The notes beneath the pieces are model-generated. The model was given only the letters and a program-made list of their open reading frames with translations. It was not told where the DNA came from and made no database searches. From NCBI GenBank assembly GCA_963734495.1, contig CAVTHK010000011.1:544001-608000 (forward strand): a stretch of 64,000 nucleotides of DNA, given 5' to 3'. Shown in pieces: positions 30,833 through 39,737 of the stretch. Both the position numbers and the translations under genes were made by a program. Source of the stretch: an uncultured Spirochaetota bacterium (GTDB lineage Bacteria > Spirochaetota > Spirochaetia > SZUA-6 > CAVTHK01). Position 1 is the stretch's first letter; the number at the start of each line of letters is the position of its first letter.

Positions 30833-31537
30833 TCAGCGCCCTCCCGTTTTCGCCGCGAGGAGCCTCACGGGCGCGCCCGAGGCGTACTCTCCCTCGAGCC
30901 TGAGCGGCGCCGGGATGAGCAGGACGCGCTCGCCGAGGATCCGGGCGACTTCACCGCCCACGTTCTCTATGATGAAGGTATCGCTGCCGAGCAGAGCCCT
31001 GTGGTTCGCCGGCGCAAACGGGACGTCACGGTATTGCTCCTGGAGGTCGACGTCGGGCGCGTCGATGCCGAAGAGCCGGGCCCCTGCCGCGACCACCCAC
31101 CGGGCGGCCTCGAGGCTCAGCGTGCGATACTGCTGGTAGTAACGGTAGGGCTCCGACTTGAAGAGCGGCGCCCAGCCCGTGTAGACGACGAGGGCGTCGC
31201 CCTTTCGCAGCTCGAGGCGGCCCGACGACAGGGCCGCCTGCAGGTCCGGCAGGGAGATCTCCCGCGGCCCTCCCTGCGCCGGTCCGTATTTCGCCGAGAG
31301 GTCGACCACCACGGCATCGCCGATCAGCTCCCCGATCCTGATCGCGTCGAGCCTCCTGCCCTTCTCGGTCATGTGCCACGGGGCGTCCATGTGCGTGCCG
31401 AAATGGAGGCTCATCGTCACGATCGCGTGCCGGCAGCCGTGGCTCGCGAACATCTGGATGTTCCTGAAGTGAGCGAAGCCGAAGGGATGATAGGTGTCCT
31501 CGTCGAATCCGTGCGTAAGGTCGTAGAAATCCGGCAT
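30833..31537 (-). CDS. Cyclase-family metal-dependent hydrolase (kynurenine formamidase-like)
   Basis: 'HFGTHMDAPWH', 'GIDAPDVD', 'IIEN', 'GAPVR'. Confidence 0.85.
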   Translation of the reverse strand: MPDFYDLTHGFDEDTYHPFGFAHFRNIQMFASHGCRHAIVTMSLHFGTHMDAPWHMTEKGRRLDAIRIGELIGDAVVVDLSAKYGPAQGGPREISLPDLQAALSSGRLELRKGDALVVYTGWAPLFKSEPYRYYQQYRTLSLEAARWVVAAGARLFGIDAPDVDLQEQYRDVPFAPANHRALLGSDTFIIENVGGEVARILGERVLLIPAPLRLEGEYASGAPVRLLAAKTGGR

Positions 31538-31597
31538 GGGTTCCTCCCGGCCTGAGGCCGCGGCTCCCGCAGCAGACGGGATCGGAAGCGTTCGTCC

Positions 31598-32536
31598 TCA
31601 GGCCTTGCGGCTGCTCGCGAAGATGATCGCGAGAATGATGACCCCGGTCAGGATGTAGCGCAGGCCGATGGTGAACTTCAGAATATCGAGAACGTACAAG
31701 ATCAGCAGCAGAAGCAGGGAGGCGCCGATGACGCCCGGTATGTTGGAGTCGCCTCCGGCGATGCTGCTGCCCCCGATCACGGGAACGGCGATCGAGTTCA
31801 GCAGGTACTCGCGGCCCATGCCCAGCGTGACGCCTCCGCCGAACGCCGAGAGGAGGACGCCCGTGAGCCCCGCGAACAGCCCGCTCAGGATGTAGGTGAC
31901 CGACTTGTTGGCGTCGACGTTGATCGCCGCGAGCGACGCCGCCTTGGTGTTCTGTCCGATGGCGTGGATGTAGCGGCCGTAGCGCGAGCGGGTGAGCGAC
32001 AGGTGCATCGCCGCCGAGATGGCGACGATCAGCAGGAAGAGGAGCGGAACCGGCCCGAGCTTGATGTTCACGAAGGCCGCAAGCGCCGGCGGAGGCTTGA
32101 TCTGCAGCCCCCGGAAAAAGACGATCGAGACGGTCTGGACGATGAAGCCCGAAGCCATGGTCGCGATCATGGGCGGGATCCGCAGGAGCCTGATCAGGCC
32201 GAAGTTGAAGGCGCCGATCGCGACGCCCGCGGCGAGGCCGGCGAGCAGCCCCCACGCGATGTTGCCGTCGACCGCGTTCATGGCCTTCATGGCAACGAAC
32301 CCGGTGAGCCCGATCGTGTAGGGGACCGAGAGGTCGATGTTCCCGGCGCCGAGAGTGATCACGAGCATCTGCCCGATGCCGACGAGCGTGAAGAAGGAGG
32401 CGAAGCTCGCCGACGCGGTGAGCGTCCCCGTGGCATCCGCGGAGACGAGCGCGATCACGGCATAGACGACCACCACGCCGACGTAGGACCAGACCCATCG
32501 GGTGGCGAGGACCTCGGACAAACGACCGTTAAGCAT
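31598..32536 (-). CDS. Sugar ABC permease
   Basis: 'GNIDLS', 'PPMIAT', 'VIGGSSIAGG'. Confidence 0.9.
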   Translation of the reverse strand: MLNGRLSEVLATRWVWSYVGVVVVYAVIALVSADATGTLTASASFASFFTLVGIGQMLVITLGAGNIDLSVPYTIGLTGFVAMKAMNAVDGNIAWGLLAGLAAGVAIGAFNFGLIRLLRIPPMIATMASGFIVQTVSIVFFRGLQIKPPPALAAFVNIKLGPVPLLFLLIVAISAAMHLSLTRSRYGRYIHAIGQNTKAASLAAINVDANKSVTYILSGLFAGLTGVLLSAFGGGVTLGMGREYLLNSIAVPVIGGSSIAGGDSNIPGVIGASLLLLLILYVLDILKFTIGLRYILTGVIILAIIFASSRKA

Positions 32537-33485
32537 ACCTGGCCTTTCGCGAAGGCTTGACGATGCCGTTCAGGAAAAGGACGAGGAGCAGGATAAAGCC
32601 CTGCGATCCGATCTGCCAGTCCGGCGAGACCTTGAGGAACGTCAGGAGCGTTCCGAGCAGCGTCATCGTGCACGCCCCGAGGACCGCTCCCACGGCGGAG
32701 ACCTTGCCGCCGGCAAAGGAGCCGCCGCCGAGCATGACGCCCGCCACGCACAGCAGCGTGTAGTTCGACGCGATGTTCGCGTCCGAGCTCGTCGTGATGC
32801 CCGCGAGCGCCATCCCCGAGAGAATGCCGAGGAGCCCCACGAGCCCGAAGATCACCGCCTTGAGCATCGTGATGGAGTGGCCGGACTGCGAGATCGCCTT
32901 GACGTTCCCGCCGATTCCCCGAACGAGGATCCCGAAGCCGGTCCTGAAGAGAACGAGGTGGCCGACGACCGCCAGGCCGCCGAGAAAGAGGACCGGCAGC
33001 GGGATGATCGGAGGCACGAGCGATACGGCCTTCTGGAGGACGACGGGGATGTTGCTTCCCGGCGAAGGCTGGATCGTCACGGCCAGGCCCGTCCAGATGA
33101 ACGACATCCCGATGGTGACGACGATCGAGGAGAGCCCCCGCGCCTGCAGCATCGCGCCGATGAACATGTAGACGGCGACGATGCCGGCAAGCAAGGCGAT
33201 CCCCAGCACGGGACGGGCCGGGACCACCACTCCCATGATGCAGGTCACGAGGCTCACGAGATTGCCGATCGAGAAGTCGATCTCTCCGATGGCCATGGCG
33301 AACATCTGGGCCAGCGTCGCCAGGCTGAGCGGGATCGCCATGTTGAGCAGGAGCTGCAGCCCGACGTACTTGAGGACGACCGGGCGGAGAACCGCCAGCG
33401 GGACAAAGATCACCAGCACCGAGAGGATCGGCAGGAACAGGAGCTGGACGTTGCTGCCCCTTCTGATTGCGGCCCACGTAGTCAA
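32529..33485 (-). CDS. Sugar ABC permease (start uncertain; an RBS and ATG at about 33493 are out of frame)
   Basis: 'GEIDFSIG', 'MLGGGSFAGG', multiple TMs. Confidence 0.85.
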   Translation of the reverse strand: MTTWAAIRRGSNVQLLFLPILSVLVIFVPLAVLRPVVLKYVGLQLLLNMAIPLSLATLAQMFAMAIGEIDFSIGNLVSLVTCIMGVVVPARPVLGIALLAGIVAVYMFIGAMLQARGLSSIVVTIGMSFIWTGLAVTIQPSPGSNIPVVLQKAVSLVPPIIPLPVLFLGGLAVVGHLVLFRTGFGILVRGIGGNVKAISQSGHSITMLKAVIFGLVGLLGILSGMALAGITTSSDANIASNYTLLCVAGVMLGGGSFAGGKVSAVGAVLGACTMTLLGTLLTFLKVSPDWQIGSQGFILLLVLFLNGIVKPSRKARYA

Positions 33486-33521
33486 GCGCTCATGCTCCTC
33501 TGAGGACCCGTCACGGACGGG

Positions 33522-34982
33522 TCAGAACGAAGACTTCAGGACGTCTTCTTCAGTGGCCTCGTCTCCCGAGAGCTCCGCGATGATGCTGCCCGACTTGAAG
33601 ACGTAGATCCGATCGCAGTACTTGAGCTCATCCATCTCCGTCGTGTACCAGACGAAGCTGCGGCCCTCGCGGCTTTCCTCCAGGATGAGCCTGTAAATCT
33701 CTTCCTTGGTGCCGACGTCCACACCGCGCGTCGGGTCGTCCATGAGAACGAGGGGCGACCTGGCCTCGAGGCAGCGGGCGAAGAGCACCTTTTGCTGGTT
33801 GCCGCCGCTCAGGCTCATGATCCCCCGCGTGACCGAATCCGTCCTGATGTCGATCGCCTGTTTCCACTTCTCGGCGACGGCCTTTTCCTTTTTCACGTCG
33901 ATGAGCAGCAGCCGCTTGATCTGCTCGTAGACCTGGAGCGTGATGTTCTTCGCGATCGACCAGACCGGGAAGATCCCGTCCGACTGACGGTCGCCGGGAA
34001 CGAACGTGACCGGGCCCTTGATCCGGTACTCCCCGTTGTTGCGGTAGTCGAAGAGGTCCAGGAGGAGCTGGGTCTGGCCGTGCCCGGCCAGCCCCGTCAG
34101 GCCCACGATCTCCCCCTCGTGCACCCTGATGCGGAGCCGGTCGCCGTCCGACGCGGGCTCGATCACCAGCTGGGTGTTCTCGAACGCGCCGTTGTGACGA
34201 TGGGCGCTCTCAGCGGCCTCCCCGGCGTCCTTGATGAGCCGCGCCTCGCCCATGAGCTCGATGATCTTCTCCCGCGAGGCATCCCTGGTTTCGAGGATGC
34301 CGACGTTCAAGCCGTCCTTGAGGACCGCGATGCGGCTGGTGCAGGCGAGCACCTCGTCGAGCAGGTGGGAGATGTAGATGACGCTGAGAGGCTCGCCGCG
34401 AAGCGAGTTGATGTAGTCGATGAGCTGCCCGGTCGTGTGGTGGTCCAGGGCGCTGGTAGGCTCGTCCAGGATGACTAGCCTCAGGGCAGTCTCGACCGTG
34501 GAAAAGGCCTTGGCGATCTCGACGATCTGCCGGTCGCCCAGCGACAGGTCCTCGACGACATCGGTCGCCCGGACGCCGTGGCCCGGGAAGATCCGGTCCA
34601 TCGTCTGCATGATCATCTTCCCGGCCGCCTTCTGCCAGCCGAAGCCGCCCAGGCCGGGATGGAAGACGCGCATGTTCTCGACGACCGACAGGTTCGGGCA
34701 CAGGCTCAGCTCCTGGAAGACGGCCCGGATCCCGAGCGCGTTGGCCGCGTGCACGTCGTAGTCGGCCCTCAAGGGGGTGCCGTCGACGAGGACGCTTCCC
34801 GACGTCTGGTGATAGGTGCCCGTGAGGATGTTCACGAGCGTGGACTTGCCCGCGCCATTGTGACCGACGATCCCGAGGGTCTCGCCATCGTAGATCGACA
34901 GGCTCACATCGTTGAGAGCATGAGAGTGGACGAAGAACTTGTTGACGCCCTTCAGGTCTACGATCGCATTTTTGAGATTCAT
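33522..34982 (-). CDS. Sugar ABC ATP-binding protein (tandem NBD, RbsA-like)
   Basis: 'GHNGAGKS', 'LDEPTSALD', 'LSGGNQQK', 'DDPTRGVDVG'. Confidence 0.92.
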   Translation of the reverse strand: MNLKNAIVDLKGVNKFFVHSHALNDVSLSIYDGETLGIVGHNGAGKSTLVNILTGTYHQTSGSVLVDGTPLRADYDVHAANALGIRAVFQELSLCPNLSVVENMRVFHPGLGGFGWQKAAGKMIMQTMDRIFPGHGVRATDVVEDLSLGDRQIVEIAKAFSTVETALRLVILDEPTSALDHHTTGQLIDYINSLRGEPLSVIYISHLLDEVLACTSRIAVLKDGLNVGILETRDASREKIIELMGEARLIKDAGEAAESAHRHNGAFENTQLVIEPASDGDRLRIRVHEGEIVGLTGLAGHGQTQLLLDLFDYRNNGEYRIKGPVTFVPGDRQSDGIFPVWSIAKNITLQVYEQIKRLLLIDVKKEKAVAEKWKQAIDIRTDSVTRGIMSLSGGNQQKVLFARCLEARSPLVLMDDPTRGVDVGTKEEIYRLILEESREGRSFVWYTTEMDELKYCDRIYVFKSGSIIAELSGDEATEEDVLKSSF

Positions 34983-35003
34983 CGGGTGCCGACGGAAAGC
35001 GAA

Positions 35004-35035
35004 GCGATCCCGCCCGGCTGCCCGGGCGGGATCGC
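35004..35035 (-). terminator. 14-bp stem-loop after the SBP gene
   Basis: GCGATCCCGCCCGG-ctgc-CCGGGCGGGATCGC. Confidence 0.55.
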
Positions 35036-35079
35036 CCGCAGGTTCGCTGCTCTTGCCGCGCCGGCCCCCCTGGGGGGGC

Positions 35080-36156
35080 TTACTTGATCGGGTCCGGCGG
35101 CGCCGGCTTTCCGGCCTTGGCGTTCGCGATCAGCTCCTGCACCCACGACTGCGGGTAGGGGATCGTGGCCACTCCACCCTTTTCCGTATTCGCCAGGAAG
35201 TAGTCGAGCTTGTCCAGGGGAATCGACAGGGGCGGCAGCTTGATCTCCTTGGGCACGTCCTTGCCGTTGAGCACTTCGACGGCGACCCAGAACGCGATCT
35301 GCACCGCGCTCGGCGATATGGTGATCGAAGTGGTCTTGTACCCGCCGGGGGTCTTGTCGTTCAGCTCCTTCCAGATGGCCAGCTCGTCGTACCGGTTGCC
35401 CATGATGACCATCGGCAGGGGCCTGCCGGCCGCCTGGAACGCCTTGACCGCGCCGTACCCGTCACCGCCCTGGTCCACCACTGCGTCGATCTTGGGAAGC
35501 GAAGGCAGGATGCCGGCCACCGCTTTCTGTGCGGTCGCCTGGTCCCAGTTGCCGTAGACTTCGCCGACGACCTTGAGCCCGGGGTAGCTCTTGAGCCCGG
35601 ACACGATGCCGCCGTGGATCGCGTCGTTGACGTAAGTGCCCGCGAGGCCGCGGATCTCGAGGAGGTTGCCGGTCGTGCCGAAGTTCTTCGCGATGTACTC
35701 GACCTCGGTCCGTCCGTAGTAGTCGAAGTCGGTGAGCAGCCGGTACGCCCCGGGGTTCGTCACCGCGTTGTCGAACGAGATCACGGGGATCTTGGCGGCA
35801 ATCGCCTTGTCGATCGCCGCGTTCAGCGCCGTCGGCGAGGCGGCGTTGATCACGATCGCGTTGTACCCTTCGAGGATCAGGTTCTGCAGCTGCGCGGCCT
35901 GCTCGGCTGCCGAGCTCTCGTTGGTCGTGAACGCGGGGCCATCGGCGATGATGCCGGCGGCCTTGGCCCCGTCGGTGACGGACTTCCAGTCCCGAAGCAT
36001 CTGCTGCCGCCACGAGTTGGCGGCGTAATCGTTGCTGAGCGCTATGCGCCATTTGCCCGGTTGCGTTCCAGCCGCGCTCTTTTCCCCGCCGCCGCTCGCG
36101 AACACCATCGCGGCGACCAGCAGGAGACCCGCGGTCAGGACGAGCACCTTTCTCAT
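35080..36156 (-). CDS. Sugar ABC substrate-binding protein
   Basis: Signal 'VFASGGGE'; 'IALSNDYAANSWRQQM', 'IPVISFD'; AGGAGGAG RBS. Confidence 0.9.
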   Translation of the reverse strand: MRKVLVLTAGLLLVAAMVFASGGGEKSAAGTQPGKWRIALSNDYAANSWRQQMLRDWKSVTDGAKAAGIIADGPAFTTNESSAAEQAAQLQNLILEGYNAIVINAASPTALNAAIDKAIAAKIPVISFDNAVTNPGAYRLLTDFDYYGRTEVEYIAKNFGTTGNLLEIRGLAGTYVNDAIHGGIVSGLKSYPGLKVVGEVYGNWDQATAQKAVAGILPSLPKIDAVVDQGGDGYGAVKAFQAAGRPLPMVIMGNRYDELAIWKELNDKTPGGYKTTSITISPSAVQIAFWVAVEVLNGKDVPKEIKLPPLSIPLDKLDYFLANTEKGGVATIPYPQSWVQELIANAKAGKPAPPDPIK

Positions 36157-36203
36157 TTATGACTCCTCCTGTCCGAGACACTTCCGGCCTCGGACCGCAG
36201 CAA

Positions 36204-36242
36204 AGTTATTGCTGACGCCCCACCGAGTCAACATGAGTTGAC
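36204..36242 (-). promoter_or_regulatory. Putative sigma-70 promoter with a palindrome over -35
   Basis: Minus strand TTGACT-N17-TAACTT; GTCAAC-ATGA-GTTGAC at 36227-36242. Confidence 0.45.
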
Positions 36243-36298
36243 CTGGCCGGAGCGCGCGGCCCGCCCGGGGGAGCGCCGGCGGGGCGCCGCGCTCCGGA

Positions 36299-37012
36299 TC
36301 AGTCGTTCTTTGTCACGAGGTCGGGATAGGTCTTCTGCAGATCCGCGATCTTCGGCAGATCCCAGTAGACGATGTACGGATAGTCGGGGTTCTTGTCGAG
36401 GAAGTGCTGGTGATACTCCTCGGCGGCGTAGAACGCCGGGAGCGGCACCACCTGGGTCACGATCGGCTTCGAGAACACCTTTGCATCGCCCAGGACCCCG
36501 ACGTAGTCATCGGCGGTCTTCTTCTGCTCCGGGCTCGTGTAGAAGAGCGCCGACCGGTACTGCGTGCCGTGATCGGGACCCTGGTAGTTCAGCTCGGTCG
36601 GGTCGCACACGACCGAAAAGAAGACCTTGAGCAGGGTCCCGTAGCTGATCACCGAAGGGTCGAACGTGACCTCGACCGACTCCGCGTGCCCCGTCGTGCC
36701 GCTGCTCACGATCTCGTAGATCGCGGTGTCGGCGCTGCCGCCCGCATAGCCGGCCGCCGTGTCCTTGACGCCCTTGAGGCGCTCGAACACGCCCTGCACG
36801 CCCCAGAAACAGCCGCCCGCGAAAACCGCCTTCTCCAGGCGTGGGCTCGCCGTCACGCTCGCCTGCATCGCGCCTTGCGGCGCCGGGGGATCCGGAAACT
36901 GGCGGCTCGCCCCCGCCGGCGGGCCCTTCGACTGGGCCGCGCAGCCAACCGCGAGCGCGAGTGTGGCGCCAACGACTATTACATTGCGCAGTGCGCGGCG
37001 TGCTGCATTCAT
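36299..37012 (-). CDS. msrA: Peptide-methionine (S)-S-oxide reductase, exported (probable lipoprotein)
   Basis: 'FAGGCFWG', 'TTGHAE', 'QYRSA', 'AEEYHQ'; N-terminal signal 'LAVGC'. Confidence 0.92.
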   Translation of the reverse strand: MNAARRALRNVIVVGATLALAVGCAAQSKGPPAGASRQFPDPPAPQGAMQASVTASPRLEKAVFAGGCFWGVQGVFERLKGVKDTAAGYAGGSADTAIYEIVSSGTTGHAESVEVTFDPSVISYGTLLKVFFSVVCDPTELNYQGPDHGTQYRSALFYTSPEQKKTADDYVGVLGDAKVFSKPIVTQVVPLPAFYAAEEYHQHFLDKNPDYPYIVYWDLPKIADLQKTYPDLVTKND

Positions 37013-37075
37013 GTTCGCCTCCCCGCAGCAGAATTGTCCGACAAAGTTAGTCAGGAACGAGCCGGGAGGATAGGG

Positions 37076-37273
37076 GTGCCGGTCAAGGCCTATCGCATCG
37101 AGGCGCTGCAGGACGGCGCCTGGTCGGTCGCGGCCCGCGTCGCGGACAACTATCGCAGGCGAAGGATCCATAGGCTCGACGGCGCGCTGCTCACTCGCGA
37201 GCTCCGCGTCGTGATCGAGGAGACCTGGGGAAGCGAGACGGCGCGGGTGTTCGCGGTGCGGGCCTTCGCCTGA
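37076..37273 (+). CDS. Small ORF (65 aa) resembling an isolated C-terminal discoidin-like segment; possibly a gene remnant
   Basis: GGAGG RBS plus GTG; 'VKAYRIEA...DNYRRRRIH...LRVVIEETWG...ARVFAVR'. Confidence 0.5.
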   Translation: MPVKAYRIEALQDGAWSVAARVADNYRRRRIHRLDGALLTRELRVVIEETWGSETARVFAVRAFA

Positions 37274-37283
37274 CCTGCGGCGG

Positions 37284-38207
37284 TCAGCGCCGCGGGCCGG
37301 GGAGGGCGCCGCGCGTCGCGGTCTGCAGGCGGTAGACGCTCGTGCGGGCGGTCAGGAACAGGACGCCGCCGTCCTCGCCCCAGGCCAGGTTCGCGGGCAG
37401 CTCCGGCAGGAGGATGCGCCCGAGCAGCCTGCCGCCGCGGTCGCAGACCCACACGCCGCCCGGCCCCGTGCAGAAGACGTTCCCCTGGAGATCCACCTTG
37501 AGGCCGTCGGCCACGCCGGGGTCCGCGGAGGCCATGTCCAGAAAGACCCGTGTCCGCCGCAGCCTCCCGTCCCCATCGACGTCGAACGCGCGGATGTGCG
37601 CGCGCGCCGAATCGTCCACGTAGAGCACGGACTCGTCGGGCGAGAACGCAAGCCCGTTCGGCAGCGCAAAGTCGTCCGCGAGGAGCTCGAGCTCCCCGTC
37701 GGGGGCGAGCCGGTACACGCCGTTGCAGGCGAGCTCCTTGCCCGGGATCGGGGCGGACCACCAGTTCGCGGGCCTCGCCATCCCCGGCGTGCTCGGCTGC
37801 ACGGCGTACGGCGGGTCCGTGAAATAGATCGAGCCGTCGGACTTGACGACGATGTCGTTGGGACTGTTCAGGCGCTTGCCCTGGAAACGCTCCGCCACCA
37901 CCGCGCGCGTGCCGTCGTCCGCGACGCGGGTGACGCGCCGGCCGCCGTGCTCCGCCGCGAGGACCCGCCCCTGCAGGTCCAGCGTCAGCCCGTTGGAGTG
38001 GCCGGTCGCCCACGTGGTCAGCTCCGGCCCCTCGGGGAGGCGCCGCCAGCGGGCGATCCGGTTGTTCCGGATGTCGCTGAAGAGCAGGTGGGTGCCGCGC
38101 CACAGCGGCCCCTCGGTGAACGCGAGGCCGCCCGCGATCCGCTCGGCGGAGGCGTCGGGCGGGACCAGGGCGTGAAGTGCAGGACTGCGAACCTCGAGCA
38201 GCGACAT
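37284..38207 (-). CDS. SMP-30/gluconolactonase family protein
   Basis: 'FTEGPLW', 'LNSPND', 'FTDPPY', 'PNGLAFSPD', 'DGLKVD'. Confidence 0.9.
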   Translation of the reverse strand: MSLLEVRSPALHALVPPDASAERIAGGLAFTEGPLWRGTHLLFSDIRNNRIARWRRLPEGPELTTWATGHSNGLTLDLQGRVLAAEHGGRRVTRVADDGTRAVVAERFQGKRLNSPNDIVVKSDGSIYFTDPPYAVQPSTPGMARPANWWSAPIPGKELACNGVYRLAPDGELELLADDFALPNGLAFSPDESVLYVDDSARAHIRAFDVDGDGRLRRTRVFLDMASADPGVADGLKVDLQGNVFCTGPGGVWVCDRGGRLLGRILLPELPANLAWGEDGGVLFLTARTSVYRLQTATRGALPGPRR

Positions 38208-38330
38208 CGGGCCTCCTCGAGCGGCCGCGCTCGCGCGGGCGCCCGCACCAGTGTACACCCGCGGGCGGTAGATTAACCGTTGCCGGCCTGGCAAGGGACC
38301 TGGCGCGGACGCCAGGTCCAGGGAGGAGCG

Positions 38331-39725
38331 ATGGCTGAACGTTTTGTTGCGATGCAGGTGGGCGCCGTGTCCTTTGTCGACGAAGGCGTGGGCCGGGTGC
38401 TCGATACCCTGCGGGAGAAGGGCGGCGTCAACGCCCTGTTCCTGGCGACGCCGACGTGGACACGCGGCACGGGAGGGAGGCAGATCCCCGGCGTCCCGGT
38501 GCCCGACCACGGCGCGCGGGAGCACGACCTGGACTGGCGCGGCGGCAACTACGCCACCGTGCACCCGCAGTACTACGGCGGCACGATGCTGGGGGCGGCC
38601 GGCCGCGCGCCCGAGCACCCGGAGTGGGACATCTTCGAAGCGGTGCTGCCCGAGGCGAAGCGGCGGGGCATGAAGAGCGTGGCCTGGATCGAGGAGTCCT
38701 CTTACGCGCAGGAGCTGCGCAGCTACGCGAACTTCCCCAAGTGCCTCGAGACCGACCCGTTCGGCCGGCCGGTGGGCACCTTCTGCTTCAACAATCCCGA
38801 CTATCGCACGTGGCACCTGTCCATCATCGAAGACTACGCCAAGAGCTACGATCTCGACGGGATCGCCTGGTGCTCGGAGCGGCCGGGCCCCCTGAACCAG
38901 CTCATCCAGGGCCACGGAACGATGGGCCGCTTTGCGCTCTCCTGCTTCTGCCCCCACTGCCGCGCGAAGGCAAAGGAGCGCGGCATCGACGCGCGGCGCG
39001 CCATCCAAGGCTACCGCCGGGGCATCGAGTGGAGCGAGGCCGTCGCGGCGGGCAACATCCCCTCCGACGGCGCCTTCGTCACCTTCTGGCGGCTGCTTCT
39101 GCAGTACCCCGAGATGCTGGCATGGCAGACCCTGTGGACGGACAGCCAGTGGCAGATGTACCGCGACATCTACGGCGTGGCCAAGGCGTGCAAGCCCGGG
39201 CTCCAGGTGGGCTGGCACGTGTACCACAACATCTCGTTCAGCCCCTTCTACCGCGCCGACCAGGACTACGACGAGCTCTCGCGGTTCTCGGACTTCATCA
39301 AGGTGGTGGCCTACAACAACGTGGCCGGCCCGCGCTTCCACGACTGGGTGAGCGCCATCTGCAGGAGCCTGTTCGCCGACGCGACGCCGGCCGAGGTCTA
39401 CCCGCTGATGCTCAAGCTGCTCAAGCTCGAGGAGAGCGACTTCGACGGGCTGCCGGCGGCCGGGTTCTCGGCCGACTACGTGCGGCGCGAGACCGTGCGC
39501 GCGCTCGCCGCCGTCAAGGGCCGCTGCCGCATCTACCCCGGGATCGACATCGACATCCCGACCCCGAAGCTGGACCAGACGAAATGCACCCGCGACGGGG
39601 TCAAGGCCGCCGTGCTCGCGGCGTTCGAGGGCGGAGCGCACGGCGTCGTCCTCAGCCGCAAGTACTCCGAGATGAAGCTCGAGAACCTGGCCGGCGCAGG
39701 AGACGCCCTGCGCCAACTCGGTTAG
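38331..39725 (+). CDS. Hypothetical glycoside-hydrolase-like TIM-barrel protein
   Basis: 'CFNNPDYR', 'YDLDGIAWCSER', 'CFCPHC', 'IYPGIDIDIP'; GGAGG RBS. Confidence 0.6.
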   Translation: MAERFVAMQVGAVSFVDEGVGRVLDTLREKGGVNALFLATPTWTRGTGGRQIPGVPVPDHGAREHDLDWRGGNYATVHPQYYGGTMLGAAGRAPEHPEWDIFEAVLPEAKRRGMKSVAWIEESSYAQELRSYANFPKCLETDPFGRPVGTFCFNNPDYRTWHLSIIEDYAKSYDLDGIAWCSERPGPLNQLIQGHGTMGRFALSCFCPHCRAKAKERGIDARRAIQGYRRGIEWSEAVAAGNIPSDGAFVTFWRLLLQYPEMLAWQTLWTDSQWQMYRDIYGVAKACKPGLQVGWHVYHNISFSPFYRADQDYDELSRFSDFIKVVAYNNVAGPRFHDWVSAICRSLFADATPAEVYPLMLKLLKLEESDFDGLPAAGFSADYVRRETVRALAAVKGRCRIYPGIDIDIPTPKLDQTKCTRDGVKAAVLAAFEGGAHGVVLSRKYSEMKLENLAGAGDALRQLG

Positions 39726-39737
39726 GTCGGCCATGAA

